Shown here: in pieces, positions 9,577 to 21,703 of the stretch
Layout: the number at the start of each line of letters is the position of its first letter
How positions within the stretch are numbered: position 1 is the stretch's first letter
Assembly: GCA_002269645.1 (NCBI GenBank)
Contig: NIVC01003256.1
Coordinates: forward strand, 1 to 25,331
Length of the DNA: 25,331 bases
Origin: Macrostomum lignano
Lineage: Eukaryota
Direction: 5' to 3'
Notes under the pieces: model-generated
Databases searched by the model: none
Told to the model about the DNA's origin: nothing
What the model saw: the letters and a program-made list of their open reading frames with translations, nothing else
Program-made: the position numbers and the translations under genes

Positions 9577-10029
9577 CTCAGTTGCTGGGCAAGCCTCCCA
9601 GATTCTCAGTTGCTGGGCCAGCCTCTCAGATTCTCAGTTGCTGGGCCAGCCTCCCAGATCCTCAGTTGCTGGGCCAGCCTCCCAGATCCTCAGTTGCTGG
9701 GCCAGCCTCTCAGATTCTCAGTTGCTGGGCCAGCCTCCCAGATCCTCAGTTGCTGGGCCAGCCTCCCAGATTCTCAGTTGCTGGGCCAGCCTCTCAGATT
9801 CTCAGTTGCTGGGCTAGCCTCCCAGATCCTCAGTTGCTGGGCCAGCCTCCCAGATTCTCAGTTGCTGGGCCAGCCTCTCAGATTCTCAGTTGCTGGGCCA
9901 GCCTCCCAGATCCTCAGTTGCTGGGCCAGCCTCCCAGATTCTCAGTTGCTGGGCCAGCCTCTCAGATTCTCAGTTGCTGGGCTAGCCTCCCAGATCCTCA
10001 GTTGCTGGGCCAGCCTTCCAAATCCTCAG
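9577..10029. repeat. 28-bp intronic minisatellite (ctcagttgctgggccagcct(c/t)cagat(c/t), ~16 copies)
   Basis: Tandem units between the NDRG donor at 9567 and acceptor at 10095. Confidence 0.98.
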
Positions 10030-10095
10030 GCTTGCTACATGCTGCATTCGATCCAAATCATCAGTTCAAGCCCCACCATCCCCACCCCTCATCAG

Positions 10096-10377
10096 ACATT
10101 CCTACTCACCGGGTCGCTAGGCAAATACCAAGCCAAAAGCCTGGTTGCCATGAACGCCCGATGCGATCCATCCAAAACTGAATACCTCATCGCTGACGAA
10201 GCCGACGGCATGCTGATTGAGGAGCAGCCGGACAAAGCCGCCGGCTACCTGCTGGGCCTGCTGCGCGAGACCGGCCTGGTGGCTTTCCTCACCCCGGCCA
10301 GAGTGCGCGAGCAGGCCATCCGGCTCAGCACCGACGCTCTGATGCGGCGGGACCAGTCTGGCGTCGACGTTTGTTAA
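10096..10377 (+). CDS. NDRG: NDRG last exon (TFLLTGSLG...CDPSKTEYL...[11 protein letters not shown]...VDVC*)
   Basis: Aligns with the NDRG LLVVGD...LDPTKT...QP.KLA segment. Acceptor catcAG at 10095, stop TAA at 10375-10377. Confidence 0.92.
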   Translation, partial: TFLLTGSLGKYQAKSLVAMNARCDPSKTEYLIADEADGMLIEEQPDKAAGYLLGLLRETGLVAFLTPARVREQAIRLSTDALMRRDQSGVDVC

Positions 10378-10504
10378 ATTTAATACTTTTTATGACGTGC
10401 TCGCTGCTGTTACTCTCGACTTGAGGTTTCGTCTGACATGTTGGGGACGATGGCCTTGCAATATTGATTTGTAGGTTAATACATAAACATGGAAGGGAGG
10501 GCAA

Positions 10505-10514
10505 ACAGACAGAC

Positions 10515-10552
<38 letters not shown>

Positions 10553-10571
10553 GAGACACAGACAGACAGAC

Positions 10572-10604
<33 letters not shown>

Positions 10605-10670
10605 CACAGACAGACAGACGGACAAGACAGACAGACGACAGACAGACAGATAAGACAGACAGACAGACAC
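10505..10670. repeat. (GACA)n microsatellite downstream of the NDRG stop
   Basis: Direct inspection. Confidence 0.98.
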
Positions 10671-12344
10671 AAAGATTCAGCTAGATGCAAATATTGATTG
10701 ATAATGAATTTATTGCTTGGTAAAAGCAACATTTTACAATGTTTATCTGTATAAAAGAATTTTCAGGCGCGAGTTCGTGTTCACCTGATCAGTAATGGTG
10801 CACTTCACTTACTTTTTTATCTGAACTGCACCATCTTCGATTGCGTTGGAAGCGCAGTGCGCTGATTTTTTTCGATTTTTTCGCGAATTTTTACTGTTAT
10901 AAATATTACGAGTAATTGAGCACTGTATATGCGCCGTAGCTTAAGCCTGTAATTCTGATTTTTCGATCTGTTTGTAAATAAATTCGGGCTTCTGTCAATA
11001 ATTAAAATAGAATCAATTTCTAAGCGCAGTTTTATTAGATTAGTGTTTTATGTATTGACCAAATTTCGTTACTTTATTAAGGAGTTTTAGCCAGTTTTAG
11101 TGTTGAACAAAATATAGGCAGCACACTTTTGCCTAATTGTCCAATTTAAAAGGTTCTGTTGTACTTTAATTTAAGCTGTTATGGCTAAAATTCCTGTCGT
11201 TGACAGTAAACACAGTCTGGAAAGTTTTGCAACAACCATCGTATTTATTGCACTTTGTGTTGTAAATAATTTATGAGAGTGCTCACTCATTTGTCGTGTT
11301 GGGTAAATTGCGCGGTATTTGGTTTGGCTTTTAAGTAGATGGTGTCCACAATAATCCTGTGCTAATCCATATTATCACTAATTTGTTTTATAACGTCGCT
11401 TCTATAGCGCTTCCGATTGTCGCAAAACTATTAAATTTTGATTATAACAAATAAAGGTTTTTATTCTGTTGGATAAATTAATTTTTAAAAGAATCAGTTT
11501 GGCATTTTCGCGTCATAAAAATATTGAATTCGATAGAATAGCTATTTTATTGTCTTGTCTTAATTTCAGCTTTCAGCCAGACTGCATGCAACCTATTAGC
11601 AGCTTTTTTAGTGCTACGTGAACGACGGTCCTAACTGCCTTTATGCAATGAAATTTTGTTTAGTCAATATGTTAATTAATAGCACGTACGGTTCATGGAG
11701 CTATGCACCTGTTTTATATAGCTTCTAACGCCAAAGTTGGCTTTTAGAATCGAAATTTATAGGACAGCTGGTGCGCCCTAGAAACGAAATTAATTATATA
11801 CACAATAAAATTACATTAGAATAGCAATCTACGACTAAGACCAATTGAATGCGATTTAATGCGATTATACAGAATACCATGCAGCTATGCACGCATCTTA
11901 GTCACTTGTATATAAGACGTTTAATGCAGTTCCTTTAAGCTCACATTTAAAGCTGTTAAAGTACAAGTGAAATGTACACGAAAATGCATATGCATCTAAA
12001 GCATCTTAAACGCGGGCAGTCCCTCATCATTAACGTTAATGATATATGTCAATGACCAAAGACGAGAAGAAAGAACAAAAATATAAGTCTGACGAGAAGT
12101 TACATCATAACGAATGTATTCGAATTCACCTAAATGCCTAATTAATCTCTTTGTTCATAACGATGATCATGCAAATTTAACAACTTCTTACTAATGAACT
12201 TTAATATGTGAATTAAAATGGTGAACTTTATGCCCAGTTGTCAACGCGCTACATTTTTAGATATTTCTGTTCGGTTGTTGAATTAACGAACGCAGAAACT
12301 AGATATAATTATCCGGGCGCCCAGTGGCACCAAAAGGGGTTTGG

Positions 12345-12519
12345 CCAATAGGAGGGCGGCTCGTATATTTATGCACGCGGGGAAGGAAAGTTCTGGAAAG
12401 ACCGGGAGAGGGAAACTTCTGGAACTCGTAAACAAGTCCGCGGTGGAAGTTTCTAGAAACGTTGTCCCCGAACTATCTCTACGCATTGCATGCCTTTGCA
12501 AAACACAACAATTCATTGG
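12345..12519. promoter_or_regulatory. Heat-shock-type promoter: three perfect 3-unit HSEs with CCAAT and GC boxes
   Basis: gGAAagTTCtgGAAa 12385-12399, gGAAacTTCtgGAAc 12411-12425, gGAAgtTTCtaGAAa 12445-12459. CCAAT at 12345, GGGCGG at 12354, ATTGG at 12515. Confidence 0.8.
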
Positions 12520-12612
12520 CAAATGAGCATTTAAAAGCGTGTAAATATAACTACTCTTAGAAGGTTTTTTAGTGATTCTGAAAATAGTCTGTACTGTACT
12601 TTGAAGAAATTT

Positions 12613-15180
12613 CCCTAGATGAAATCGTCATGCCATTTCTTAGCAGATCTGTCTGGAGCTTCTCGCTACGTTCTTGCAAGAACGTAACAGATCTGCACTA
12701 TTTAAATATATAGGCAGAACTTACAAGATCTGCAGGAAGATCTTGCACGGTCTGCACAAGCAGATCTTAGAAGATCTGGGCAGATCTTGTAAGATGTATT
12801 AAGCTTTACCAATTGAATGCATTGTCCGTCTTATCAAATCTTCCCAGATCTGTTTAGTAATCCATTTATAAAACCCCAATGCACTAATCTAATTCCAATA
12901 AAGAACACGAGTTATGACAGGACTTTCTTATTTGATTCTGCACTTTTAGTATTGTGCTAGTAAGCTGCCAGAACAAAAGCAAATGTCATTGAACAATCAA
13001 AATAAAGTAGACATATTTATTTGTGAAAATGTAAACAAATACACATATGCTCATGAAATAAAACTTGTATGCACAAGGGAAATAGCACAAGCAAAAAATA
13101 AGTCAACTTCAAAACAAAAGTTAAGCACACATTCAATAGAAGAAATACTAATGGTACAATGGACTAATGAAATTAGGGTGAGCAATACTTTTAGCAACTA
13201 AAAAATAGAAGCAGAAACATTTGAAAAAAACCAGGTGCATCTTTTACTACAATGTACAATTAAATAGGTTTGCAAATAATTGAAACTGAAAGAGTCCAGT
13301 ACTGAAAGATTTTAAAGTCAATATTGCTAGAAAGCTTACTTTGTTATCAATAAAAGTAGGTCTATAAGAGCTCTTAGTAATAATTTAGGGCTCTTTATCA
13401 TGTTGCATTTTTACTTTAGGCTGGCTTCATTTTTTCTTTTAGCAATCATAGGATGCTTGCCACTTTGCCACTTGGTATAAAGACAAGCTTGGAACCCATA
13501 AGTAGTAATGCCATATTGACCATGTAAAGTAGCAGCAATGAAAGGGAAAATTGTAGTAAAGTTCTGGGATTATAAACATTAATATTCAATTCAAAATAAC
13601 TAAAATATAAAACAAATATTGTTGTTATATTTTTAAATAGTCAGAATAATAACTTTTGTAAAAGTTTTATGGTCTAATTAAATTTAGACCTATGTTTTTC
13701 TTCTATTCTATATTTTTCATATTATTCATCTAGGCCTATCTAGCATAAATACTTTTAGATTTTAATATGGCTATATATATTTTTCAAATAGTAGGTCAAG
13801 GCTTAAGATAACTTTCTAACAACCATAAGCCTATATTTAAGCATCCAGGTTTAATTTTAATTCATAAAAACTATACCCTATATAGCAATTACAATTTTTA
13901 GTAGAATAGGGCCTATTTTATTTTACAATAAAAATGATAAGCCTAGTACTAGTTATAACACTATTTACTAATAAGTAGACATTACACTCTTAACCTAAGT
14001 GTTTAAAATCAAGGAGGGATTAAAACCAAGTTTTACAGATATGTCAGTCTACCTATTTATAAATCTAGATAAGCATTTATAAAACAAACAAAAACAGAGT
14101 AGACCTATTTAATTAAGATTTACTTACTAGCTAGGTCACTAGAACTAGCCTAGCCCTAGCCTAGGGGCTAGAACTAGGTATGTATGTATAAATATAATAT
14201 AATGAAATGCAAAAGACTACAAAAATACTGATCTATGTTAGTGTATGTAACTGAATTTCTGAATTATTAATGGTAATGGAATAATGAATTATTAATGGAC
14301 AATATCGCTAGGTCTAGACATGCATTCTGTTTTTATTAAAGCATAGAACAAAGTCATAGGCCTAGGCCTACTCATACTTATAGGCCTGGGAGTAGGAGAC
14401 AAGCCTAGATATATATATAGATATAGATATATATATAGCATACTGCATACATTTTATAGTCAGTCTGTCAATTATGTCAAACTTTTTTTTAATTGATGAC
14501 GCGATCTGCTCTTCATTTAAAGCCGTAGCTATACTCAATCAACAAAGTTATTATGGCTAAAAAATAGTGATACCACACTATGATACAATTTAAGGAATTA
14601 AAAATTACGTATTCGGCCAAGTCAAAAGAAAGAACTGAGATGGATGGATAAATTGCAAGAGCGAGAATTCAAACTATAAGGGTGCACTATGTTCAGAACT
14701 GCGGAAAAAATATTTAAACAAATTCATTTACTGTTGGCTGCCAAAAGAACAACTAAAATAAATAAAAATCATTAAACAAACGTAATTACTAATAATTTAA
14801 ATATTTTGTGGAAAAAACAATTCAGACACTTTTCAAAACTGGTCTGTACAGATCTGCAAGAACTGATCTGACAAGATCCAGCAGAGAAATGTGAAAATAT
14901 ATGAAAGTCTTTTTCTGATATACAGTTGGAAATTTTGTTTTCTCTTTACCTAAGAAGTATTTTCTAAAAAATCACAAAAGTTTTTAACGTACCAAACAAT
15001 AAAAAATGGCTTGCAAAGATTTGCAGTAAGATCTTGTAAGACAAAAGCAGATACAGATCTGCTAAGAGATTTAAGTAAAAACAGATCTGTTAAGAATGTT
15101 AACCAAAATTCACAGATCTGTTAAGAAATTTAAGTAAGAACAGATCTGCCAAGAATGAGTGAACAGAACTTCATCTAGGG
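12613..15180. mobile_element. Non-autonomous DNA transposon, EnSpm/CACTA (CMC)-like, ~2.57 kb
   Basis: Imperfect TIRs CCCTAGATGAA...TTCTT(A/G)GCAGATCTGT at both ends. Dense AGATCT subterminal repeats at 12640-12850 and 14840-15150. TT dinucleotide on both flanks (2-bp TSD). No transposase ORF found. Confidence 0.7.
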
Positions 15181-15346
15181 TTATTCTAGAATAATTCCAG
15201 AATCAAACACCTGCAAGATCTTAAAACAACTCTTATTAACTTATCGGGCAGATGTAACTAATAAGATCAGATGACATGTGATCTGCAATTGGAGTACAGA
15301 TCTATTCAGAAATCACAAGGTGAGTGAACAGAATGTTCTCTAGGGG
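15181..15346. repeat. Second, diverged copy of the transposon right end
   Basis: tgagtgaacagaatgttctctagggg|ttattct versus tgagtgaacagaacttcatctaggg|ttattct, with AGATC motifs in between. Confidence 0.7.
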
Positions 15347-16212
15347 TTATTCTTACTTTTAATAGTATTATACATGTACATACAAATTTTTAAAACTAAA
15401 TATTTAATACTTTTTTAGCTGTAAATCCCTTTTGATGTACCTCTGTGTTTCGCTAAAGCTTGAAAAGCAAATACAGTGCATTATGGAAGTCTGTTTTGGA
15501 AAAGGGCAAGATTTTTGTATTTTCTATGTTAACTTAACGGATTAACACTTACAGTACGTTTCTCAGTTAGCTCGTAACTTTCAGTTAACTTAACGAAATT
15601 AAAAGTTAATAAGTTAAGACTTTTTACCGCTAATGCTTATGCCATTAAAGGAAGTTAAGATTTTCATTAACGATGTCTAATGCAACACTTTTATTTTTAA
15701 TAACACGTTATTGCAAGCTTTAGAAGTTAATTAATATTCAATGATCGACGACTTTTATGGTGGGTTCCGTGTTTTAACGCATTTCCCTGCTATTAATTAA
15801 TACCTTTGTAGGTTTTACGCATTTATTTCAGTTTAAATAGTGTATCCACCCCTTAGTAAACGTTAACGTTGGGAAATTCTGACTGAAACCCGATAGATGC
15901 AACAAAATATATGTACGCATGTACCATGATTCAAAATTGCCGGATCGTTTAACGATAATAAGCAAAATAAAAACAAAACAATAAAGAATTTATGAGAAAT
16001 CAGGCCGGTTTTTTAATACATGGTTAAAAACGCTTTAGAATGTTATGTATGTACATATTTTTTTATAATACTTACAAGTATAATGTGTTTATTTACTGTT
16101 AATTGGCGCGGTTTTAGTTCCTTTTCTATAGATTATTACCATAAAAAATTTATCAATAACTACAGAAAATTTGGAACCATTGTTAACACTTTCTGGCAGA
16201 CAAACAGCAACA

Positions 16213-16599
16213 ATGCCGCTCTTTGGAAGCAAGTATGTGGTTCCTAATTTTTCACGTAAAAAGTCTAGCTCCCTATCAAGCATTAATCTTCAAGAAGAGC
16301 GAAATCGACAGCTCGTCGACCTGCCGAATAAGAAGCTTCAAGTGAATCTCGATGGCAATAAGCTGACATTTGAAAACGGTCTTTGGATTAACGAGTCACA
16401 CGGAAGCCTTCAAAATCAACGCGACTACCTAGACCTTGCTAAGCGGAATGAACAACTGGAAGAGCAGAATAACCTGCTGAAGTTGAAGGTCGACCTACTG
16501 TTAGACATGTTAACTGAAACAACTGCAGAAATTCACTTGCAAGAGACCGAAATCAAGCAGCTTCGCGATATGCAGCGGAAAAGCAAGGCTAAGAACTAA
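16213..16599 (+). CDS. CBY1: Chibby (beta-catenin antagonist / basal-body protein) homologue, 128 aa, intronless CDS
   Basis: MPLFG start, RKKSSSLS, LxFENGxWI and LEEQNNLLKLKVDLLLDMLTETTAE match the Chibby family signature. The ORF track's upstream TTG start is not needed. Confidence 0.95.
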   Translation: MPLFGSKYVVPNFSRKKSSSLSSINLQEERNRQLVDLPNKKLQVNLDGNKLTFENGLWINESHGSLQNQRDYLDLAKRNEQLEEQNNLLKLKVDLLLDMLTETTAEIHLQETEIKQLRDMQRKSKAKN

Positions 16600-17653
16600 A
16601 TTGGGGCGAGGCTTGTGCTTGACCAGCTATTTTAGCCAATCAAACATACAGTAATTCAATTGTCTGAACAGTTTGTTTAGAGTAGCAAGGTGACATGCTA
16701 AGTTTAGCTACTTGTGCATGTTAGTGTCAACCATTTCAAGTTATAAATAGGCAAGTTCATGTTTTTAGTGTAAAATATAGTACCTTTGTTTGCTTGCAGG
16801 TCAAGCAATAATATTAAATGAAACTATAGTAATTTAGTAGTGTTTACTGCTTTATAATAAGCAATATAACTCATCCAAAATGAAGACTTTTCTCAACATA
16901 CCAAGTTAAAGGTGAATACAACTTTATGTTTTGTTTTTTAATTATAAACAAATTATTACTTTTTTATTACACAAGACATGTGTATTTTATCGATCACAAT
17001 TATTTTTCTTTTAGGTATACCATTAGCTTATAAAATACTTTTGATAATTTTTAAAGCACTAAAACTTAGTTTAACTTTTTAATTTGGTACTACCATTACC
17101 AAGCAACATTTTGTTGATATATAGTTTTAGGGAATCAATTGTATTAAGTAAGCTATATTATTCTCATGTATTCTAAAGTAAAGTTCAGTTGATTGTTTTT
17201 TTGTTTAAATGTGTTTAATGTATGTAATCTAATTATTAAAATATAATTGGACCAAATGTATATTGAATACATTTTTGAAAAATGCTTTTGTACCAGCATT
17301 CAAATCCTGTTTAAATTTTCTTTATGTATTTTTTGACATTTATTAGAGAAAGAAAAGAAATGAAGCAGAATGACAACACACATGAAACATTTAATTTATT
17401 GATCCAACATGAGCTGAAGTGTCTGGAGTATGCAGCTCAGCAGAGATACAAATATAAGTATGATTTTATATTCATACCGAATATGCACTTTTAAAAATCA
17501 GTATTGTATTTTAAATTTTCGCATCGTACAAGTTATAAACTGTTTGAGAAACATAGAAAAAATGAAACAACAGATTTGCACAAGCAGATAACTTTAACAG
17601 AGTACGCTTGTATTGTTGATTTTTACTAATACACGTACATAATTTCAATTTAG

Positions 17654-17749
17654 TTACGAGTCAACATCTTGCGAAGATGACGTCACAGGATTAGAAGCCG
17701 AATTTTCCGGTGTTTTATCTTCTGTTTCCTTTGTTAAGTCGGAGTCGGA
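17654..17749 (-). CDS. Coiled-coil gene, probable terminal exon (SDSDLTKETEDKTPENSASNPVTSSSQDVDS*)
   Basis: Acceptor ctaaattgcAG, phase 0, TAA at 17656-17654. AATAAA on - at 17400-17395. Confidence 0.65.
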   Translation of the reverse strand, partial: SDSDLTKETEDKTPENSASNPVTSSSQDVDS

Positions 17750-18317
17750 CTGCAATTTAGAAAAATAAATTTTATTATTAGGTCAGCGTAGAAAATTTAA
17801 TAAAACTAATGGACTAGATAATTGTATCGATAACGTGTTCGTTATATCGATCGATTTGTAGACCGCAGAGTTGCCAGATCTTTTGCAAAGCAACAAAAAC
17901 TGGCAATAGCTTCCATTGTCACAGAGTCTCCGAATTGGCATTTTCTCTAATTTCTCTAAAATAAAATTAAAAAGCGGGTTTTTTAAGGAGACAGAAGAAT
18001 TAAATTTAGGCTCATTAATTATATTTTTTGTTTTAGCTATATTCATATAGAAACATCGAGGTGTCACGCGACTCTCCGTACTGTCCTCGTAACTCCACTA
18101 GTATATATGGAACTACTAGTGAGTAGTAGTGTGTGTTTCGGTTGTCTCTAAAATACGATAGAATTGAGGAATCAAACAATTTATCTTATTAAAGTACCTA
18201 AAAACAGGAATTGAGGATTCGAAGTTATAATGCCAATTTTGCAGCTTAATGTGAGGATAATTTTAACAGTTTAGAACTGCCAATTAGCTGAGTCTCCGGA
18301 GCACATCTTTGAGCACC

Positions 18318-18429
18318 AGCATGCCAATACTTTGCGCAGAAGAGCACTCATACACACGCCCACACGGGGTGTACAGCGGCCCTTTGACCTTCTTTATAAT
18401 CGTGAGGCATGTACACTCTCTGTGCCTTG
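18318..18429. repeat. Dispersed ~110-bp hairpin-containing repeat, copy 1
   Basis: cactcatacacacgcccacacggggtgtacagcggccc...aatcgtgaggcatgtacactctctgtgccttg is homologous to 22429-22532. Confidence 0.8.
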
Positions 18430-18509
18430 AGACTTAACTAGAGTGGCGACTCGCTACTTTGGCAATTCTACTGTTAATTTTAACCGAATGAATGCGTATG
18501 AATGCCTAC

Positions 18510-18869
18510 TGATTTCACAGCATCGTCTGTTTCGCCGCTTGCCAACGCCGCGTTGGATGAAGCTGGTTCGTCCGCAAGCTTCTGACGCTTAGCTGATGGA
18601 GCATTAATGTCTGGCTGCGGCTGCTGCTCAATCTGAACAGCCTGGCGCTCTGCTTGCCGAGTCTTGATCGCTGCCAGCTCTTTCTCTAGGGCAGCGCGTT
18701 TCTTCTCGCTGCAGCGCAGCAGCTCTTCGCTGTCCTGCCGTTTGTCTAATTTAGCGCGCAAAGCAAATAATTCGCTGCGTTTGGCTTCGTTGTCTGTGCG
18801 CAAATCTTTCAGCTGTTGGCTGAGCCGGTCAACCAGCTTCTCGCGGCTTTCCAGCTCTTTTTTGGCATC
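18510..18869 (-). CDS. Coiled-coil gene exon (DAKKELESREKL...APSAKRQKL...DDAVKS)
   Basis: Acceptor acttcAG, phase 0. Donor GTAGGC after 18510; if that donor is unused the frame stops at 18480. Confidence 0.85.
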
Positions 18870-18900
18870 CTGAAGTTTTATTTTTTGCGTCGTTTTTTAG

Positions 18901-20024
18901 CACTGAAGGATTGGGGACAGGGTCACTGAATGATTGGGGACACTGAATGATTGGGGACAGGGTCACTGAATGATTGGGGTCACTGAATGATTGGGGACAG
19001 GGTCACTGAATGATTGGGGACACTGAATGATTGGGGACAGGGTCACTGAATGATTGGGGTCACTGAATGATTGGGGACAGGGTCACTGAATGATTGGGGA
19101 CAGGGTCACTGAATGATTGGGGACAGGGTCACTGAAGGATTGGGGACAGGGTCACTGAAGGATTGGGGACAGGGTCACTGAATGATTGGGGACACTGAAT
19201 GATTGGGGACAGGGTCACTGAATGATTGGGGTCACTGAATGATTGGGGACAGGGTCACTGAATGATTGGGGACACTGAATGATTGGGGACAGGGTCACTG
19301 AATGATTGGGGTCACTGAATGATTGGGGACAGGGTCACTGAATGATTGGGGACAGGGTCACTGAATGATTGGGGACAGGGTCACTGAAGGATTGGGGACA
19401 GGGTCACTGAAGGATTGGGGACAGGGTCACTGAATGATTGGGGACACTGAATGATTGGGGACAGGGTCACTGAATGATTGGGGTCACTGAATGATTGGGG
19501 ACAGGGTCACTGAATGATTGGGGACACTGAATGATTGGGGACAGGGTCACTGAATGATTGGGGTCACTGAATGATTGGGGACAGGGTCACTGAATGATTG
19601 GGGACAGGGTCACTGAAGGATTGGGGACAGGGTCACTGAATGATTGGGGACAGGGTCACTGAATGATTGGGGACAGGGTCACTGAATGATTGGGGTCACT
19701 GAATGATTGGGGACAGGGTCACTGAATGATTGGGGACAGGGTCACTGAAAGGTTGGGGACAGGGTCACTGAATGATTGGGGACAGGGTCACTGACGGATT
19801 GGGGGCAGGGTCACTGAATGATTGGGACAGGGTCACTGAAGGATTGGGGACAGGGTCACTGAATGATTGGGGACAGGGTCACTGAATGATTGGGGACAGG
19901 GTCACTGAATGATTGGGGACAGGGTCACTGAAAGGTTGGGGACAGGGTCACTGAAAGGTTGGGGACAGGGTCACTGAATGATTGGGACAGGGCCACTGAC
20001 GGATTAGGGAAAGGGTCACTGAAG
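18901..20024. repeat. 23/17-bp minisatellite (cactgaatgattggggacagggt) with a 252-bp higher-order repeat
   Basis: The variant order repeats from 18901, 19153 and 19405. Confidence 0.97.
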
Positions 20025-20174
20025 AATACGGGAAACGCCACTGCGAAGGGCTGGGCTGAAAAAATAAAAAAAGATCTCAACTTTACTGCAAATAGCTAAC
20101 TAAGTAGTATTTACGATTTTATAAAGTAAACAGATATTAGACAGAACATATCTGTCAAGTCAAGTCGGTCTCAC

Positions 20175-20316
20175 CTGAAAGACGCTAGCAAAACGTTTCA
20201 TCTTCAATTCGTATCCAGCATTGGCCTCTTTAATATTGGCTAATTCAGTTTCGGCAGCCAATTTGGCAGACTCGGCAGCGGCCTTGGCTGATTCGGCCTC
20301 TTCGCTGGCGGCCAGT
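20175..20316 (-). CDS. Coiled-coil gene exon (LAASEEAESAKAAAES...FASVFQ)
   Basis: Acceptor tttcacAG (phase 2), donor CAG|GTGAGA (phase 0). Phases match both neighbours. Confidence 0.88.
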
Positions 20317-20600
20317 CTGTGAAATTTATGAAAACCGATTAAGGCAAGAAACTGAAATGTTACCATGTACCGTAAGGCTTACGAAACTCACACGGTTTCA
20401 TAAAAATGAGAGCACAGTTAAAACTCGGATTGCTCTGAAAAAAATCGATTTGCTTTTATTGTGTGCAATTTTAACGCAAAAGCAGTCAGGGCCGATTAAC
20501 TTGAAAATGATGGATTCAATCAACTAGTAATTCAACAAGTAATACTACTGGTTAGTAGGACAGCTGGGGTGTGTGAAAAAGGACAAGGACAAGGAGAAAG

Positions 20601-20641
20601 GACAGATAGACAGACATAGACAGACAGGCAGACAGACAGGC

Positions 20642-20678
<37 letters not shown>

Positions 20679-20742
20679 TAGACAGAAAGACACACGGACA
20701 GACAGACAGACAGACGGGCACAGACAGACAAACAGACACACG

Positions 20743-20790
<48 letters not shown>

Positions 20791-20886
20791 CACAGACAGA
20801 CAGACAGACAGGCAGACAGACATAGACAGAAAGACACACGGACAGACAGACAGACAGACGGGCACAGACAGACAAACAGACACACG

Positions 20887-20946
<60 letters not shown>

Positions 20947-20982
20947 CACGGACAGACAGACACACGGACAGACAGACACACG

Positions 20983-21014
<32 letters not shown>

Positions 21015-21050
21015 CACGGACAGACAGACAGACAGACAGACAGACACACG

Positions 21051-21089
<39 letters not shown>
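20601..21089. repeat. Interrupted (GACA)n microsatellite with an internal 144-bp duplication
   Basis: The catagacagaaagacacacgg... block occurs at 20677 and 20821. Confidence 0.97.
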
Positions 21090-21101
21090 TCAGCTACTCA
21101 C

Positions 21102-21703
21102 TTCTCCTCAAGCTGCTGCAGCCGGCCCTTCATCGTGTCCAGCTCGGCAGCGGCTGCGTCAGCTCTCGCCGCCTTGGCCTCGCTGTCGGCCTTGGCTTCG
21201 GCCAGACGCCTCAGCGCCTCGGCTGTCTCAGACTTGGCCGAATCCACCAGCTGCTGCCTGTAGGCCAGCAGCGAATTCAGATCGCGAATTTTCACCTCGC
21301 CGGAGTCGACGCGAGCAGCCAGATCGGAGTTGGACTGCTTCAGATTCTCCAATTCAGAGCTCAGCTTGGCCAGTTTGGCGGCCGAGTCGGCGGCGGATTG
21401 CTGGACAGTTCGCAGCTCGGCAACATCATCCAGAGCGGACTGCAGTTGAGCAGTTAAGGACTGGCAGTCAGACTTGGCTTTGTCCAGCTCAGATTTTGAC
21501 TCGGCCAATTCGGCGCGGAGTTGATCGAGTTTTTGACGGCAGTATTGTGCTCGCCGATTTTCGCTATCGTCATTAGCTGAGCAGGCCTCGCTGTTGTTAT
21601 CATTGTCTGGGAACAGTACGGACTCGAGCTGCTCAGCTTTCTGGTTGAGCTCAGCTCTAGCAGTGGCCAGCTCAGCTTCTATAGCTGCTACTTGTTGACG
21701 GTT
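21102..21703 (-). CDS. Coiled-coil gene exon (NRQQVAAIEAELATARAEL...LQQLEE)
   Basis: 602 nt open. Acceptor attacAG (phase 0), donor GTGAGT (phase 2). Heptad-like E/A/L/K composition. Confidence 0.9.

Noticed and set aside
9487-10181. Long ORFs 9487-10377 (N-terminal part), 9569-9817 and 9582-10181
   Set aside because: They are translations of the 28-bp intronic minisatellite. Only 10096-10377 is real NDRG coding sequence.
10325-10732. SVCL/RQTD-repeat ORFs here and at 20532-21457 and 21783-22562
   Set aside because: Stop-free translations of (GACA)n microsatellites.
10796-10905. 12-bp hairpin (tggtgcacttca/tgaactgcacca), TTTCGCG and TATAAATA as a separate promoter
   Set aside because: Short motifs expected by chance in AT-rich DNA, with no downstream ORF.
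13410-13563. Minus-strand exon-like segment inside the CACTA-like element
   Set aside because: It has an acceptor, but no frame resembles a known transposase or host protein.
17826-17905. cagagttgccagat (hAT-like terminus) next to an atcgataac hairpin
   Set aside because: No convincing partner terminus or TSD was found.
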